From assembly GCF_008831285.2 (NCBI RefSeq), contig NC_045138.2:16616001-16680000 (forward strand): DNA of 64,000 nt, written 5' to 3'. Made by a program: the position numbers and the translations under genes. This document shows, piece by piece, positions 42,621-55,142 of this stretch (position 1 is the first letter of the stretch; the number at the start of each line of letters is the position of its first letter). The stretch is from Nymphaea colorata. Lineage: Eukaryota. The notes beneath the pieces were generated by a model that searched no databases, was not told where the DNA came from, and worked only from the letters and a program-made list of their open reading frames with translations.

Positions 42621-43387
42621 TAGGATCCAGTTCACTCCTGATTAATAGGATAGCTTAATTTTCACTTGCAAAATTTCGGATCCTGAAGGTAGCGCGATGT
42701 CCGAAGTCGATCCAGATCGGACACTAATTAGATCCAGATCCAAGTTGATTCCCCTGCACCTGGGTCTGCTCTGTTTCATTCCAGAAAAGTGCCGTATGAT
42801 CGAGTGTTGTGGATAAGAGGGTGCAGATCGGCCCAAAAATACAAACCAGCTTAAGTTAAAGTTTTTAGGAACTTTAGACCCTAGAAAACAAAGTTTAAAT
42901 AAAGTTAACTCTAGAAAAGTCCTATCATCAAACTAGCTCATAGTCTAAAAAAAATCCTCGACTCTGACGCTCCTCCTCCTCAGCCCTTCGCTCCCCTTCA
43001 TCCTCTCCCTCAACACCACCACCAGGTTGTTCTCTTCCACCGGCATCTGAAACCTACAAAAAGGTGTTTAAGAAACATTAATTTTCTTGTATATAAAATG
43101 ATAAAATATCCCTCTTAAAACCCATTCTTCCTTGATTGAATAAAGATATATGCATCTATGATCTTAAGAGAATTCGGGGGTGGAGCAAAGGTAGGGCCGC
43201 TTTGGCCCTCTCCCCTTTTGTAAAAAAAAATTATTTATAAAATTTGACTTGTTTTATATAAAAGTTTTGAAAAATAATATTTCGGTCCTAGTCAAAATTT
43301 AAAAACTTTATTCAGTCTCCCTCATAAAAAAAATCTAGCTCAGCCCCTAGTTTAGCTTTCATAGATTTTAATAGGCAAAACTGTTAG

Positions 43388-43550
43388 TAGGGCTGTTCAA
43401 TGAGTTGTGCTAACTCGAACTTGTTTGATAAACTCAACTCGTAAACGAGTCTAGTTCGAGTTTGGCTTCAACTCGTAAACGAGTCGAGTTCAAGTTAAGT
43501 GGCTTCAACTCGTAAACGAGTCGAGTCGAGCTGGCTCATGAACAGCCAAA
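43388..43550. mobile_element. hAT-type MITE with AACTCGTAAACGAGTCGAG subterminal repeats
   Basis: Ends TAGGGCTGTTCAATGAG ... CTCATGAACAGCCAAA, flanked by ACTGTTAG / CTTGTTAG (6/8 TSD). A truncated copy lies at about 41167-41280. Confidence 0.7.
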
Positions 43551-44247
43551 CTTGTTAGTGTACTCGCATCCTTCTCATATGCAAATAAAAGAAAAAATAA
43601 ATCTTGGCAATCAATCACAAGTAAACATAATTTTACAACCAAGCGAGTGTAGCAGTTGCTCTCCAACTTGTTAAAAATTGTGGGAGTAAATATGCACCTC
43701 AAGTGTAACTCCATAGCACTATTTGTCACCAACCAAGAGTATAACTTCATTCTTCATTTTATAGTCACACTTTAACTCATTATCTCTAAGTTTTTGAATT
43801 GTTTCACCTAACTTTACTATAAACTCTCTCGAAGGAGTATTCTTATTAACATTCTTCTTAAAAAACTTATTCATGCTATCACTGGGTTGGGTGGTTGACA
43901 TCTCTGCCATAAATGTGGTAAATGTATATAGTTTATCCCACTTAACAAGAATGTTTCATAGCATCAAGACCAAATCATCATCAACAATTTAATATGAAAC
44001 CATTGAGAGAAAGTGATTATGTGCATAAGATGTAAAATGATCCAACTTCAATCAAATGCAGTTAATGCGGCATTATTTTATTTAAGATATAGGCTAACTT
44101 TTACGGACCATTTTTTATATCCTTTTAATAGATGCCCACCCTTCAATTGTAGCCCACATTTATCATAAATAGTGAATTTTTTTGTTTTACTTTGTGTGTG
44201 AAATAACCAAAACGTGCTCTATAGATGGACATTCTTGGTGGTGACAA

Positions 44248-44287
<40 letters not shown>

Positions 44288-45284
44288 GGAAGCTGGAGAA
44301 AGAAAAATTGACCTAAAATCTAAAAGTTTTGGCGATATATTAAGAATTTCAATTTCTCATTGTCCATAGTAAAAGGGATTATAGAATGCTATCAAACATA
44401 ATTTCATCATTAATTTTTATCCCTGCATTTTTGGATATTGATCAACATTTGCTCATATGGTTAGATTTTCCACAAAAATTACTGAAAACCATCTAAGTGT
44501 CTACATTGTAGACCTCCAACTCTAGAATGCCAATAAACATAACTTGAAAAACCCTTGGGATTTTGCATTTTTCAATGGAAAGAGTGCAAAAGCAAGCTTC
44601 TCATAAGGTTCTGCCGATATTTTAATGAACTCACATGACGATACCAATTATTTTGTAGGAACCTGCTATAACATTAAAGAAAAAGGACAATCTTTCTCAG
44701 GCAACGCATATTTAAAAAAAAAAATACTAGTATCAAGATATTTTAAAAATTATTAAAAGAGTTGCTTTTTTAGTTTTTTAACTTTTTTTAAATTTTGTCT
44801 TTGTCAAAAAAAATTATTAATGAAGAGTGTTTTCTTCACTACCCACAAAAATTTCGTACACAAGTTATGCGCAAGCGGATTATGTACGTTTTATTGTTGC
44901 ACAAAAACAATCATACACTAATATAGTTAATGACAAAAAATACTTTTGATTAATAGAATAAAAAACTTTTTATCAAAACCAAAAAAATCGAAAAAAAAAC
45001 AATCATTCTTTTAAATAATTTTCAAAATAGATTGTTTTTAGTATATGTGTTGCGTGCACCAAGCGGCGCACGCAACTCGCTCTCCGCTTCGCCCATTTCT
45101 TGGTGCCGAAAAAAAATAATGCCGTAAAAGGAGATGCAGTCGTCTTGTATTTATAAGCAGCTCGATCGGAAGCAGTCACCACAGAGTTGTGCATCTTCTT
45201 TTCTTCCTCAAACTTCCTCTTCCGCTGAAATATTTTCCTTCTAGCTTTTAGTTTGTCAGTCGAGAGTACTTAACTGTAGGAGCG

Positions 45285-46417
45285 ATGGGATCGATAAGCT
45301 TCAGCGCAGAGCAGGAGGCGATGGTGAAGGAGGCGTGGGAGTTGATGAAGCCCAACGTGGAGGAGCTTGGGCTGAAGATGCTCTCCCTGTAAGTAGTACT
45401 ACTGCTGCCTGCAGTTTCCTCCACCTACCTTATTCTTCCTAGTGGAAGCAACCCACTCACTTGGCTCCGCCGCTTTTGCTGCAATGTGGAGGCCAGAGTT
45501 GGGCAGATGTTGCCGGAGGTGGCCGGAATGTTCTATTCCTTTTTCCTTAAGGACCCGAACCAAACCCCCCAGAACAACCCCCAGCTCAGATCTCATGTCG
45601 TCAAAGTGTTCACCATGGTTAGGACCTATTGATCTCTCTCTCTCGCTCTGTATCTCTTTCGCTATTGTTTACATCGGAATCATGTTGGTATTGTTGTTTC
45701 GATTTGGTGAACAAGTAGACCTGTGAGTCGGCCGCTCAGCTGCGTCAGAAGGGCAAGATTGTGGCCGTGGGGAGCACGCTGAAGAAGATGGCCTCCATTC
45801 ACCTTAAGAAGGGTGTCCAAGAATCTCACTTTGAGGTATATCTACCCTGCCTTTTTACATTACTGAACGTCATAAATCTGAGAACTTTTTCCCCGAACAT
45901 TTTTCGTTTTCTGATTAGATTCAAGAACATTTTTTATTTAAATTCCTTTTATAAACAACTAATATTATTTTGTTCTAAGAAACATGGCGTGATTATGAAT
46001 ATGGTTCTTAAATTCGGGGCAAGCAGCATAATCTTACCGTCCCGGTAAGAGCGGAAGCTCCTTCTTCCTCTTGCCTTCAGGATTCACAGCTGCATGATCA
46101 GTACCCCAAGTGGCGAGATTTTTACGTTCATCAGGTTGCGGTAAAGGTTACAGGAAACAGAAATTCAACAACTAAACGCTACACATAATTGTTTCACTAA
46201 TCATCACAAGCGCTTGTAACTGAGATTTTCAGTTTGTAACATCTGTTGTTCTTCTTTTTCTTTGATTTAAAAGGTGATAAAGGCGGCGTTTCTGAAGGTG
46301 GTGGAGGAAGCAGTGGGGGAGAAATGGAGCGAGGAGATGGGCACTGCATGGGCGGAAGCCCACCACCAACTAGCTACTGCCATTATAGCCGAGATGAAGA
46401 TCCAATCTGCCAATTAG
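45285..46417 (+). CDS. Non-symbiotic haemoglobin (phytoglobin), divergent copy 3, 161 aa
   Basis: Exons 45285-45388, 45497-45617, 45719-45835 and 46274-46417 join in frame (486 nt). Protein [162 protein letters not shown] recent paralogue of copy 2, including its introns and UTRs. Confidence 0.9.
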
Positions 46418-48248
46418 ATCCATCTGATCCGGTCCAGTTCGCTTGACGATCCATTTCCGATGTTGGATTAGGGAGTTTGTGTACTTTGTTCGCAACTAAA
46501 AAGCTTTTCGAAGTTGTTTTAGTTGAATTGATCTCGTTTCTGTTCCGGTTTTAATTCGCTTAACACTGCGAGGATCAATTCGGATCTGAACCCTCTTGAA
46601 ATTAAGAACGCGGAAAAACTCATTTTGGAAATTAAGATGCGGATTTGAAAACTGCGGATCTCAGATCCACGATAATCAAACGCAACCTTAAGTATTTTTA
46701 ATATTTTAAAAATTTTGTTTACTATTCTGAAATACTTTTCTAAAAATACTTTTTATTATTTCTTAACGATTCCCAGCTGATTCAACCAATTCGGCTATTG
46801 AATGGATCTTGACAACATTGGTTTGAAATTTAACAAGAAAATGTAGTTTATTATTTAAAAAAAAAAAACTTAAGTTTAATAGTTTATAGATGCACCTTCG
46901 GTGATGTGTGGCCTCTATTTCCAGATAACTGTATTATTAGATACATAGATTCAATGAAGATCACCGTAAGAAGATTTATATGGGTTTTCAAACTTTGAAT
47001 CGAATCCAAATGGATCCAACAATGCTTGGATCCACACTGTTATCCTAAATTCTTATAAGGTCGAGTGTAGATCTATATTTTGCACCCTGAAAATAAAACA
47101 AAAAGACATGCATTTTTTATAATTCCCATCTTTTTTTTTTTCGGCAATAAAATGTTAATAACTATCATGAGTGCCAACACCACCTCAGTTGATTAAGCAA
47201 ACGAATTTTATCAAGGATATAAATGGCTTATAGTTATGAACAATTTTTTTTAATAACAAGGGTTTAAAAGTGGGTACCTAAATATGGTACAGGGCGGGTT
47301 GGAATTGAATGTAATCGGCGGCGGAGGCAGAAACAGAAACTTCGAGGCACTAGTAATAAAGTTTTAACTTTTAAGGGGGATCAACTTGTAATTAACAAAA
47401 ATTGCGCCAAAGTGTCAACATAAAATTAAGTATCTTTTTTTTATTCCGTGTAGGCAATTGCCCACACCAAACTTCACCCTGAGGAACGATATAAAATGAC
47501 AAAGCCGTCAAATCTAGATCTATTCCATTTGGAACCCTAGTCTCAACTCTCAATTAGCGTCAAAGTGTTATTTGTTCTCGTTTTCTTTGCTAATTTTTCT
47601 TTTATATCTTTTTTATCTTCTTCTTTTATCTCTGTACATTGGTGACGCCTTGTCACCACATCTTGCTTTTAATGAATTTTCATTTTGTCGGCTCAAATAG
47701 CTTCGAGTGAGCTAAATATGTAAACCAAGGGGGGCTTTTGACACCTGTATGATATCCAACATCTGACTCAACTCACAGTGTATATCTACCGATGGCAAAG
47801 CCATCGAATTGTGATGTAAATTGGAATAAAAGAATGCTAAGAGAGCTTTTGATGAGAAGAACAATGTGTTCTTTTTGTACCAGATGTTCATAAAATATGT
47901 GGTCTTAAGAACGTCATAATATTCTTGTTCAAGAAACATGCCGTGTCCGTAGATATTGTTCTTAGATCTAATAATCAAACACTAAACATAATCACAACAT
48001 ATTTTTTAAGACAAAAATATAGTGTTATTCAAAAACATAATACTTCTCTAAGCAAATGCCCTTTAATTGAACTTTAAAATGCTCTTTATCTAGTTCACGA
48101 CGCAAAATATTAACTGTAAATATAGCATCGAGGTTTTGCATATAATACTGGGGCGCGTACATCGGCAGCCATGACAGAGTACACATCTTCTAGACCTAAT
48201 GATGTTCCAAGGACATATGAAACTTCATAAGTATCACACATATAAAAC

Positions 48249-48398
48249 CAGGGGCGGAGGGAGGGGGGGGGGGTTGCCTGGGCCATGGCCCAGGTGAGTG
48301 CAGGAAAAAAAATTATATTGAAAAAATCAAAATTTTTTTGTTTGGCTCAATCCGTCGCTTCTCTTAGCCCGACCCGCGGACCGTTTGGCCCGCCCCTG
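48249..48398. mobile_element. hAT-type MITE (150 bp)
   Basis: TIRs CAGGGGCGG / CCGCCCCTG, with a perfect 8-bp TSD TATAAAAC at 48241-48248 and 48399-48406. Confidence 0.9.
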
Positions 48399-51300
48399 TA
48401 TAAAACTGTGTCAATAGTTGTTTATGTTGAGCATGGAGAAATTTAATGGTGTTAATTGAACTTTTTATGTGCCATAAGCTAAGAGACAATAGTATCACTT
48501 ATAAACAAAAAATCAACTCAATTTCTTCTTAAAAATAATGTTTGAAACCATGTTTTTTGAATATATAAATGTCTTTTTTGAGGTATTATTTCCGTATTGT
48601 GAGTCATTCGGGTGAGTGAAAGAGAATTCTACCACTGGAGTGAGAGGCCGAAAACCTCCTTCCTTTCCCTTGTCCTTGGGTTCCTATTGTGAGTTGTTCA
48701 TTCTTGCGCCTTAAGTTGTGTTTTAAAGACTATTGTTAAATAAATTAAATGCATCATGCCATTTGGTTACTCAGTCTAATGGTTTCCAAGCAGTGAACAT
48801 TGGATAAAAGCCTTTAATTCGATATATATATATATATGACTGAGTAAATAATGGCTCTGGCTATTCAAAGTAAAAAAAATGAACAAATGTGTGAACTAAT
48901 ATTAAATTATGTAAATATCCATTACTTTTTTGTTTTTTATTTTTCTTAACCATTCATCATAATGAATATGACAACCTTAATTAAACGGCTGGATGACTTG
49001 AAAAGCTCGAGTCACCATTCAATATATATGAATGGTGACCCAAGCTTTCCACATATCACAGGTACATCCCAAATAGGTGAGAACCAAGTTGATCTTCTGA
49101 GTCCTTTTCTCCTAGTGGCAAATCCACACGTAGGCTTGTGAGGGCCGTTGCCCACACAGTCATACAAACATTTATTTATTTAAATATTAGTTGTGTTTTA
49201 ATTTTTTGCTTAATTTTTATTACTCATTGTTTTCCAATCATTTCATTATATATTCCAAGGGTCTAATTTTTTTTTTTTTTTTTTTGAATTAGTGCGCCTC
49301 AACTGAAAACTCTGTGTCAGTGCCCTCTTTTCTCATGTCTCTCGCCTCTCCTCCCTCTCTCCCCGGGGCTCCGGCGACGTCTGCGACCATATCCGGTGTC
49401 ATGGCGGATTTCTTTTCCATCTGTCCAATATTTTAGAAGCCACAAGCTGTGTTAGGAAGACTACTTACTTAGCCCATGAATTTGCATTTCTGGTAGAATC
49501 ATGCCACCGCGGAATCACATAATTAGGTACATAATCAAACCTTTTGGAAAGGTTCTACATACCAAAAACAGGAAACGTAAAGCATCTGAAAACAGAAGAG
49601 CGGTTATTTCCATTTGCAATGACGTCAAGGCACCGTTGCCCAACATCATTCTTATTCTTAGAGAGAGAATTTTGAATTTTCTATGGTTGGTAAAAGCACC
49701 AAACAACTTAAACAATCTATGGAGACCCTCTGCCCAATAGCCTTTGGTGGGTTTTTTCTTCTATTCTTCTTTAAATGTTAGTTTCCTTCTTTCCTTGCAT
49801 TCCAACTGTTGAGATTTGAACTTCTCACCTTCCCCCACGTTGGCTGGTGAGAATGAGCCAAGTGGGCTCGCCTGATTGGACCCAGAACAGCCAAACTGGG
49901 CTCAACCAAGTTTGAACTCAATGAGTTGGTACTTTGAAAATGGGAGACATACCAAGAAATATGTAAACTTTCAACTATTAGAAAGAATATGCTGAATCAT
50001 AAAAATGTACCAAGTACCAACTCTTATTTTCTTTTGTTTTTTAATGGCATGGGGCTGCCCCCCTACCTCTCTTACCTTCTTAATAGATTAATGATATAAA
50101 GGGGAGTTTAGGTCCACCAACTGGTTGTTAGGGGATTTAAACAGCTTATCTATGCTTCAACCACAAGGGTAAGTGGCAACCACAAACCAACTTTGACCTC
50201 CAACCAAACACAAGGTGGGCCAAGGACGTTCATGGCCTTTGACTTTTCTGATTACCCAAAATGCCCTCGATTGCCGCAACGGAAGTGGATTTGATCTCTT
50301 TCAATTAAGTTTGGTTCAATAGGCTTGCCAAGCATGTGAAGGGAAGTACTTCCAAAGGGCTAGAATTCCAACCTATGGGTTGGTTTTGGCATTTAAGATG
50401 AATACCAGCACAAGTAGACCAAATAACCCCGAGGGACGGTAGCGTATTAGGTGGCAAGGTGGTCGGGCCCTTTTAAAGACTCAAGTTCGAGTTTTGAAGT
50501 AGTCACTCATGCCACAGTGCGCTCTACCTCTGTATCATAAAAGGTCCCGAAGCATAGTCCCTGAAAACCGAGGAGAGCATGCACAAGAAGGGGGGGCAAT
50601 GGTCTCTTTTAAGGGTGGTGGAATGAACCAAGAGATTGTGAGTACTGATGACATACAAATGAATCTATAGCTGGTCGGATCTGCTAGAAGGTCAATCTTA
50701 GAAATTTGATTATCATAGGTGTTAACCCTTTGCTCGTGCCGACACGACTTTAGACCCTGAGGGCAAGAGGATGGAGGAAAATTTAATTAGTGTCTCAGTT
50801 CTTGAAAGGATTAACAGACCAAGGTGATTTATTTTTGGATTTGTGGTCTTCATAAAACTTCATTCACTGAATAAGACAAACAAACATAGTTAGTGGATTC
50901 TTCGAATCGAAGTATGAAGCTCATAGTTGAACAATTGGGATATTGAAAATTTTTCGAGTATTTGAATTTTCCAATGCAATTGTTCAACAAATTTTTCAAT
51001 TGCAATGGGCTGATCTGTCTAGCACTCTTTATCTTGTAGGGTTTGGACACATTTAAAGCATGTCATGTCGGTACAAACAAAAGGTGGACAAATTTGGTCA
51101 ACATAGAACAGGTCTGTTCCGGGACAACTAAATACAATAGAATAAGAGGTCAGGTCAAAATTTTGTTGGGCACAATAGAAAACGACCGAACACCCAACTC
51201 ATTTTCGGCCCTTTTAAAATCGGCCACGTCCCAGAAAATACTAGAGAAGAGAACATAAGAAATGGAAGCAAGGTGTACCTGCTTGAGTCGGGGATGTACT

Positions 51301-51559
51301 TTGGAAACGTTTTATTGCTTCGAAGATGCTTCAGATCTGAGCTTCTCCTTTGACTCATTCAAAAATCAAGAGCCAAGAAAAAGAAGATTAGCAACTATTA
51401 CAAGCTTTGTAATTCAGTATTCTTGTAATCTTTCTTTGAAATAAGGTATCGTCCCTTTTTGGTCAACATCCAAAGTGTTATGTTTATAGATAAAAGCATG
51501 TTGGAAACTCTGATTGAGTGAGCAGAAAGAATATTTCATCATACTGTTTAATAGAAAGT

Positions 51560-51823
51560 CGAAACCGCTACCATTCCCCTTATCCCCCAAGTTTGGTGTC
51601 TCGGGATAAAAAGGCCGAAACCGCTACCATTCCCCCTATTCCCCAAGTTTGGTGTCTCGGGATAGACGTGCTTACTATGCTTCAACTTTCATATGGGTGC
51701 CCTTCTTTAGAAGCACAAGAAATTGACGTCTCAGAAACTCGAAGTGGAGTTCCGCCACTTACCAGGCCCCAAGAAATTGACGTCTCAAGAATTTGAAATA
51801 GAGTTTCGCCACTTACCAGCCCC
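51560..51823. repeat. Two adjacent tandem repeat pairs (56-bp unit x2 and 54-bp unit x2)
   Basis: CGAAACCGCTACCATTCCCC..CCCCAAGTTTGGTGTCTCGGGATA at 51560 and 51616. CAAGAAATTGACGTCTCA...CGCCACTTACCAG at 51716 and 51770. Confidence 0.9.
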
Positions 51824-52552
51824 CATCTTATCTGTTGCACCAACCCCCTCAGGGATTAGGAACTCGGTTTCAGCATCCAAACTAGTTTTGAAAGAACTTG
51901 TTATTTATAATGCTAATTTGAGTTTCGCCTTAATAAGAGGAAACCCATATGCATTATTTGAAAAACTTGACCACATGAATGTTACCTTAATACTATGAAC
52001 CTTGTGAAAAACCCTGTATAGTTGTGAATAAAGTTCCAGAAAGTTTTTAAAATTTCAAGTTTGTGAAGTCTCTAAACCTTTTCCAATAAGCTATTGAAGC
52101 TCTGGTTGTACTTGAAAATTAAATTTAATATACATTTGTGCAAAGGTCGAATTTGACTTTAGTTTTAAACTCCACCTGAGCTCCTCTTGGTGAGCAATGG
52201 CACCCAAGCTTGTCATTAGGACAGCTAATAATGGATTTATTTAATGTGCTCTTCCAATCCAATTTGGTTCAGTTGTGGACCCGAAAATTGATTGGACTCT
52301 TGACTTTTAATGGAGAAAGGAAGGTTTCAAAAATCAAAAGGGTTGATGAAGTGGGGCGAGTTGTTGCTCTTAAACAGGCAGTTAAAGTTTTAGTTCTTTG
52401 TGGGCATCACCTTTTTCATGAACTCAGGCTCATGTACTACTTTTTGATAACTTTGAATTTCAGGTCAGATACAGATCTAAAATGCATGCTTTTCAGATCC
52501 TTTTAAGCAATGGATCTGGGCAAGTTGGATTTCAAAAAATCCATGTTTAAGT

Positions 52553-52701
52553 AGCAAAAAACCTTAGGTAAGACGGCCTACAGGGTTTTGTTTTCGCTGT
52601 TGCTAGGAGCAGAATATTCTTCTCTTAGCAAAAAACCTTGATACATAGCCCAAAGGGTTTTGCTATCCCTGTTTTTAGGAGCAGAAGATTCTTCTCTTAG
52701 C
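52553..52701. repeat. Tandem duplication, about 74 bp x2
   Basis: AGCAAAAAACCTT...AGGGTTTTG...TAGGAGCAGAA(T/G)ATTCTTCTCTTAGC occurs twice. Confidence 0.8.
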
Positions 52702-55142
52702 TTTTCTAATAGAAATTTCTGGATAAGGGGTACTTTAAGTTTAAATTTCAAACTTTAAGGGGCACTGATATGTAAAAATTAACTAAAAAATAATGAAATT
52801 TATATATATAAATAATGTAAATTTAGTAGGCTGGTGTGGACTTAGCTCTGCCACAGGAGTTAACACCCCTAAACTGACGATTGGTGGAAAGCCAAATTGT
52901 AGTTATTATGAGCAATTAGACACACCACCAGCTTATTAAATTTGAAATTTAAAGGAACAATCTTCTTAGCAAAAAATTTCTAACCTTCACCACTACCAAC
53001 CGTCTCTTGGCCACTGGCCTGAGTTGGTGCGCTGGATCCCCCAGTACTAACCAAGTGAAAGACCTGGGATTTTGAGTCTCCACCACCTAGACGGACATGC
53101 TTATCCGTTTGTTCAGAGAGAAAGAGAGAGAATCGCGTTGAGGACTAACAACTCTAGTGCATTTGCGCCCGAAGGGAGCACTGTTGATGACCAACTACCC
53201 TTTCAAACATTTGAGATCGTTTGGTACAAGTGAATTTGATGGGGAGCATAGGTATGACCTTTGGGAATCTCCTAGGATAGCGAGTCCCCAACTTTAATTT
53301 GGTCGATACCGTTCTGTACATAGTTACGAAAAATTAAAGTCTCTCGTATCTATTCGTAATGCGTAGGTTGGTTTTGATGATTAAAAAAATGGTGGAAAAA
53401 GAGATGAAGGAGAAAAGAATAGTAAAAAAACGAAGGAAGAATAATGTATTTAAATGATTTGCGTGTTTTGGTGTTTTCCCGATGATTGCTTTGTTTGCGA
53501 GTGAGTTCTTTAGTCGAATTATTTTAAGATTTTGATGATCTCGGGATTGAGTTGTCTCCGGTAGGGAGTTTTCTCTCTTGCTGATTCTCTGCAAATTCCT
53601 TTCCCTCCTGCCTCCCGGAAGACCCGCACGACGCACGAAGACAGTGAGGGTGAGAAAGAGTCGGAGAGAGAGGTACATGCATTTCTTTTTCCTTTTCTTC
53701 TTCCTTTTCTAGATATTTATGGCTTTGTTTATCCATTCCTTGAACACCAACTTGATAATTTATGCTTTTTGTTGTTCGTTATGATAAGTTCTGCTTTTGT
53801 TTTGAAACGGGGTGACGATTATGGCGGCTTCTGAGAGATTGAATGGTTATCAACTTTTGTGCTTCCTTCTGGTTCTGGTTTATCTATATTCTGCGAAGTC
53901 CCAGTTGGTATCTTTGGGATCGGCTGATACTTGATTTCAACAGTTCAATGGAGTTTGTGGGTTGGGGGATGGACTTCTGTATGGTTAGGAACAGATAGAA
54001 GTTTTTCGACATGCTGCTTTTGCTTTCTGTGTAAGTGTAAATCTTGTGAATACACGCTTGGCCTTTGTTGTGATTTATGCATCCTTTTTTTTTTAGGTGC
54101 TGTTGTGCCTGGTCCGAGGAAGAGGGAAAATTTTTGCAGTCGTGCTCAAAACTGGAGAGAAGTCTGTTTATTTGAAGTTAGAACTTCTGATTTTGACAGG
54201 TAGATTTGCTCTTCCGCTTACTCCTGTAAGGACCTAGTACAAAAAAGGTCTCCTTTTCAGTATCTTAGCTGATGATTTTATGTGTTTTTACCTATTTTTC
54301 TGTCTGACGCAGCGACGCTCACAGCCTTCAACTTATGTTCATATCGACCTGCTAGAACCATCTTGTTTCTCTTCTTTGTCGTGCGATATTTGAAACTTTT
54401 CCTTCAAGGTCCCATATTTTTGGTGCTTCTTTGATCTGTTTGTTAGTGCCTTACCAGGTGGCATGAAATTGCTGTCTGTCATTTATAGTGGTGCATGACT
54501 TTGGGACCCTGTTTGTAGCGATTCAAATGTTTTCATCCTATCTAACCACAGATTTTGGTGAATTATTGAGAAATCGCAAATGTAGCAGCAGTGTGAGTTT
54601 GCACATGGGGCAGAATTATGCCAGGGAATTGATAAATTTTGAATTATGTGGTTGCTGGAAATCTGTGTTAAAATTGGTGATGCTTCTATCTTGCATATGC
54701 TTATCTTCAATTTCTTCAATTGGATACTGGTCTCCAGAAAATTCATAAAGAATAAAAAGAGGAAACAAAAAAAATTAAAGTTTTAATGCTATGAAACCTC
54801 TAGCTTGGTTCGCCTTGCAATTGGTTCATGTATTTTCTAGTGCGTCTAGTGATGTTTCCCAGCAAAAGTCGAGAAGATTTAAATGCGCATTTTTTATTGA
54901 TATATGCTCCTTATCTACATACAGTGACCTGCTCTTCTATCTCATGTGCTTGGCTTTTGCAGTCGATGCTTTTCTTTCCAAGGAAACACTGTGTGCTTGC
55001 TGACTCAGATGGAAACCTCATTGAGGCCACATTCTCAACTCAAACACATTTATTTTTTCTAGGCAACTGCCTTTCTTTGGTTGAGTTCATGCTTGGCCAA
55101 AATTGATTCTACCAAGCAGTGTCAGTTTCAGGGAAGATAGTC

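Noticed and set aside
41160..43550. Regularly repeated AACTCGTAAACGAGTCGAG units as a CRISPR-like array
   Set aside because: The context is eukaryotic with no unique spacers and no cas genes. The units are MITE subterminal repeats.
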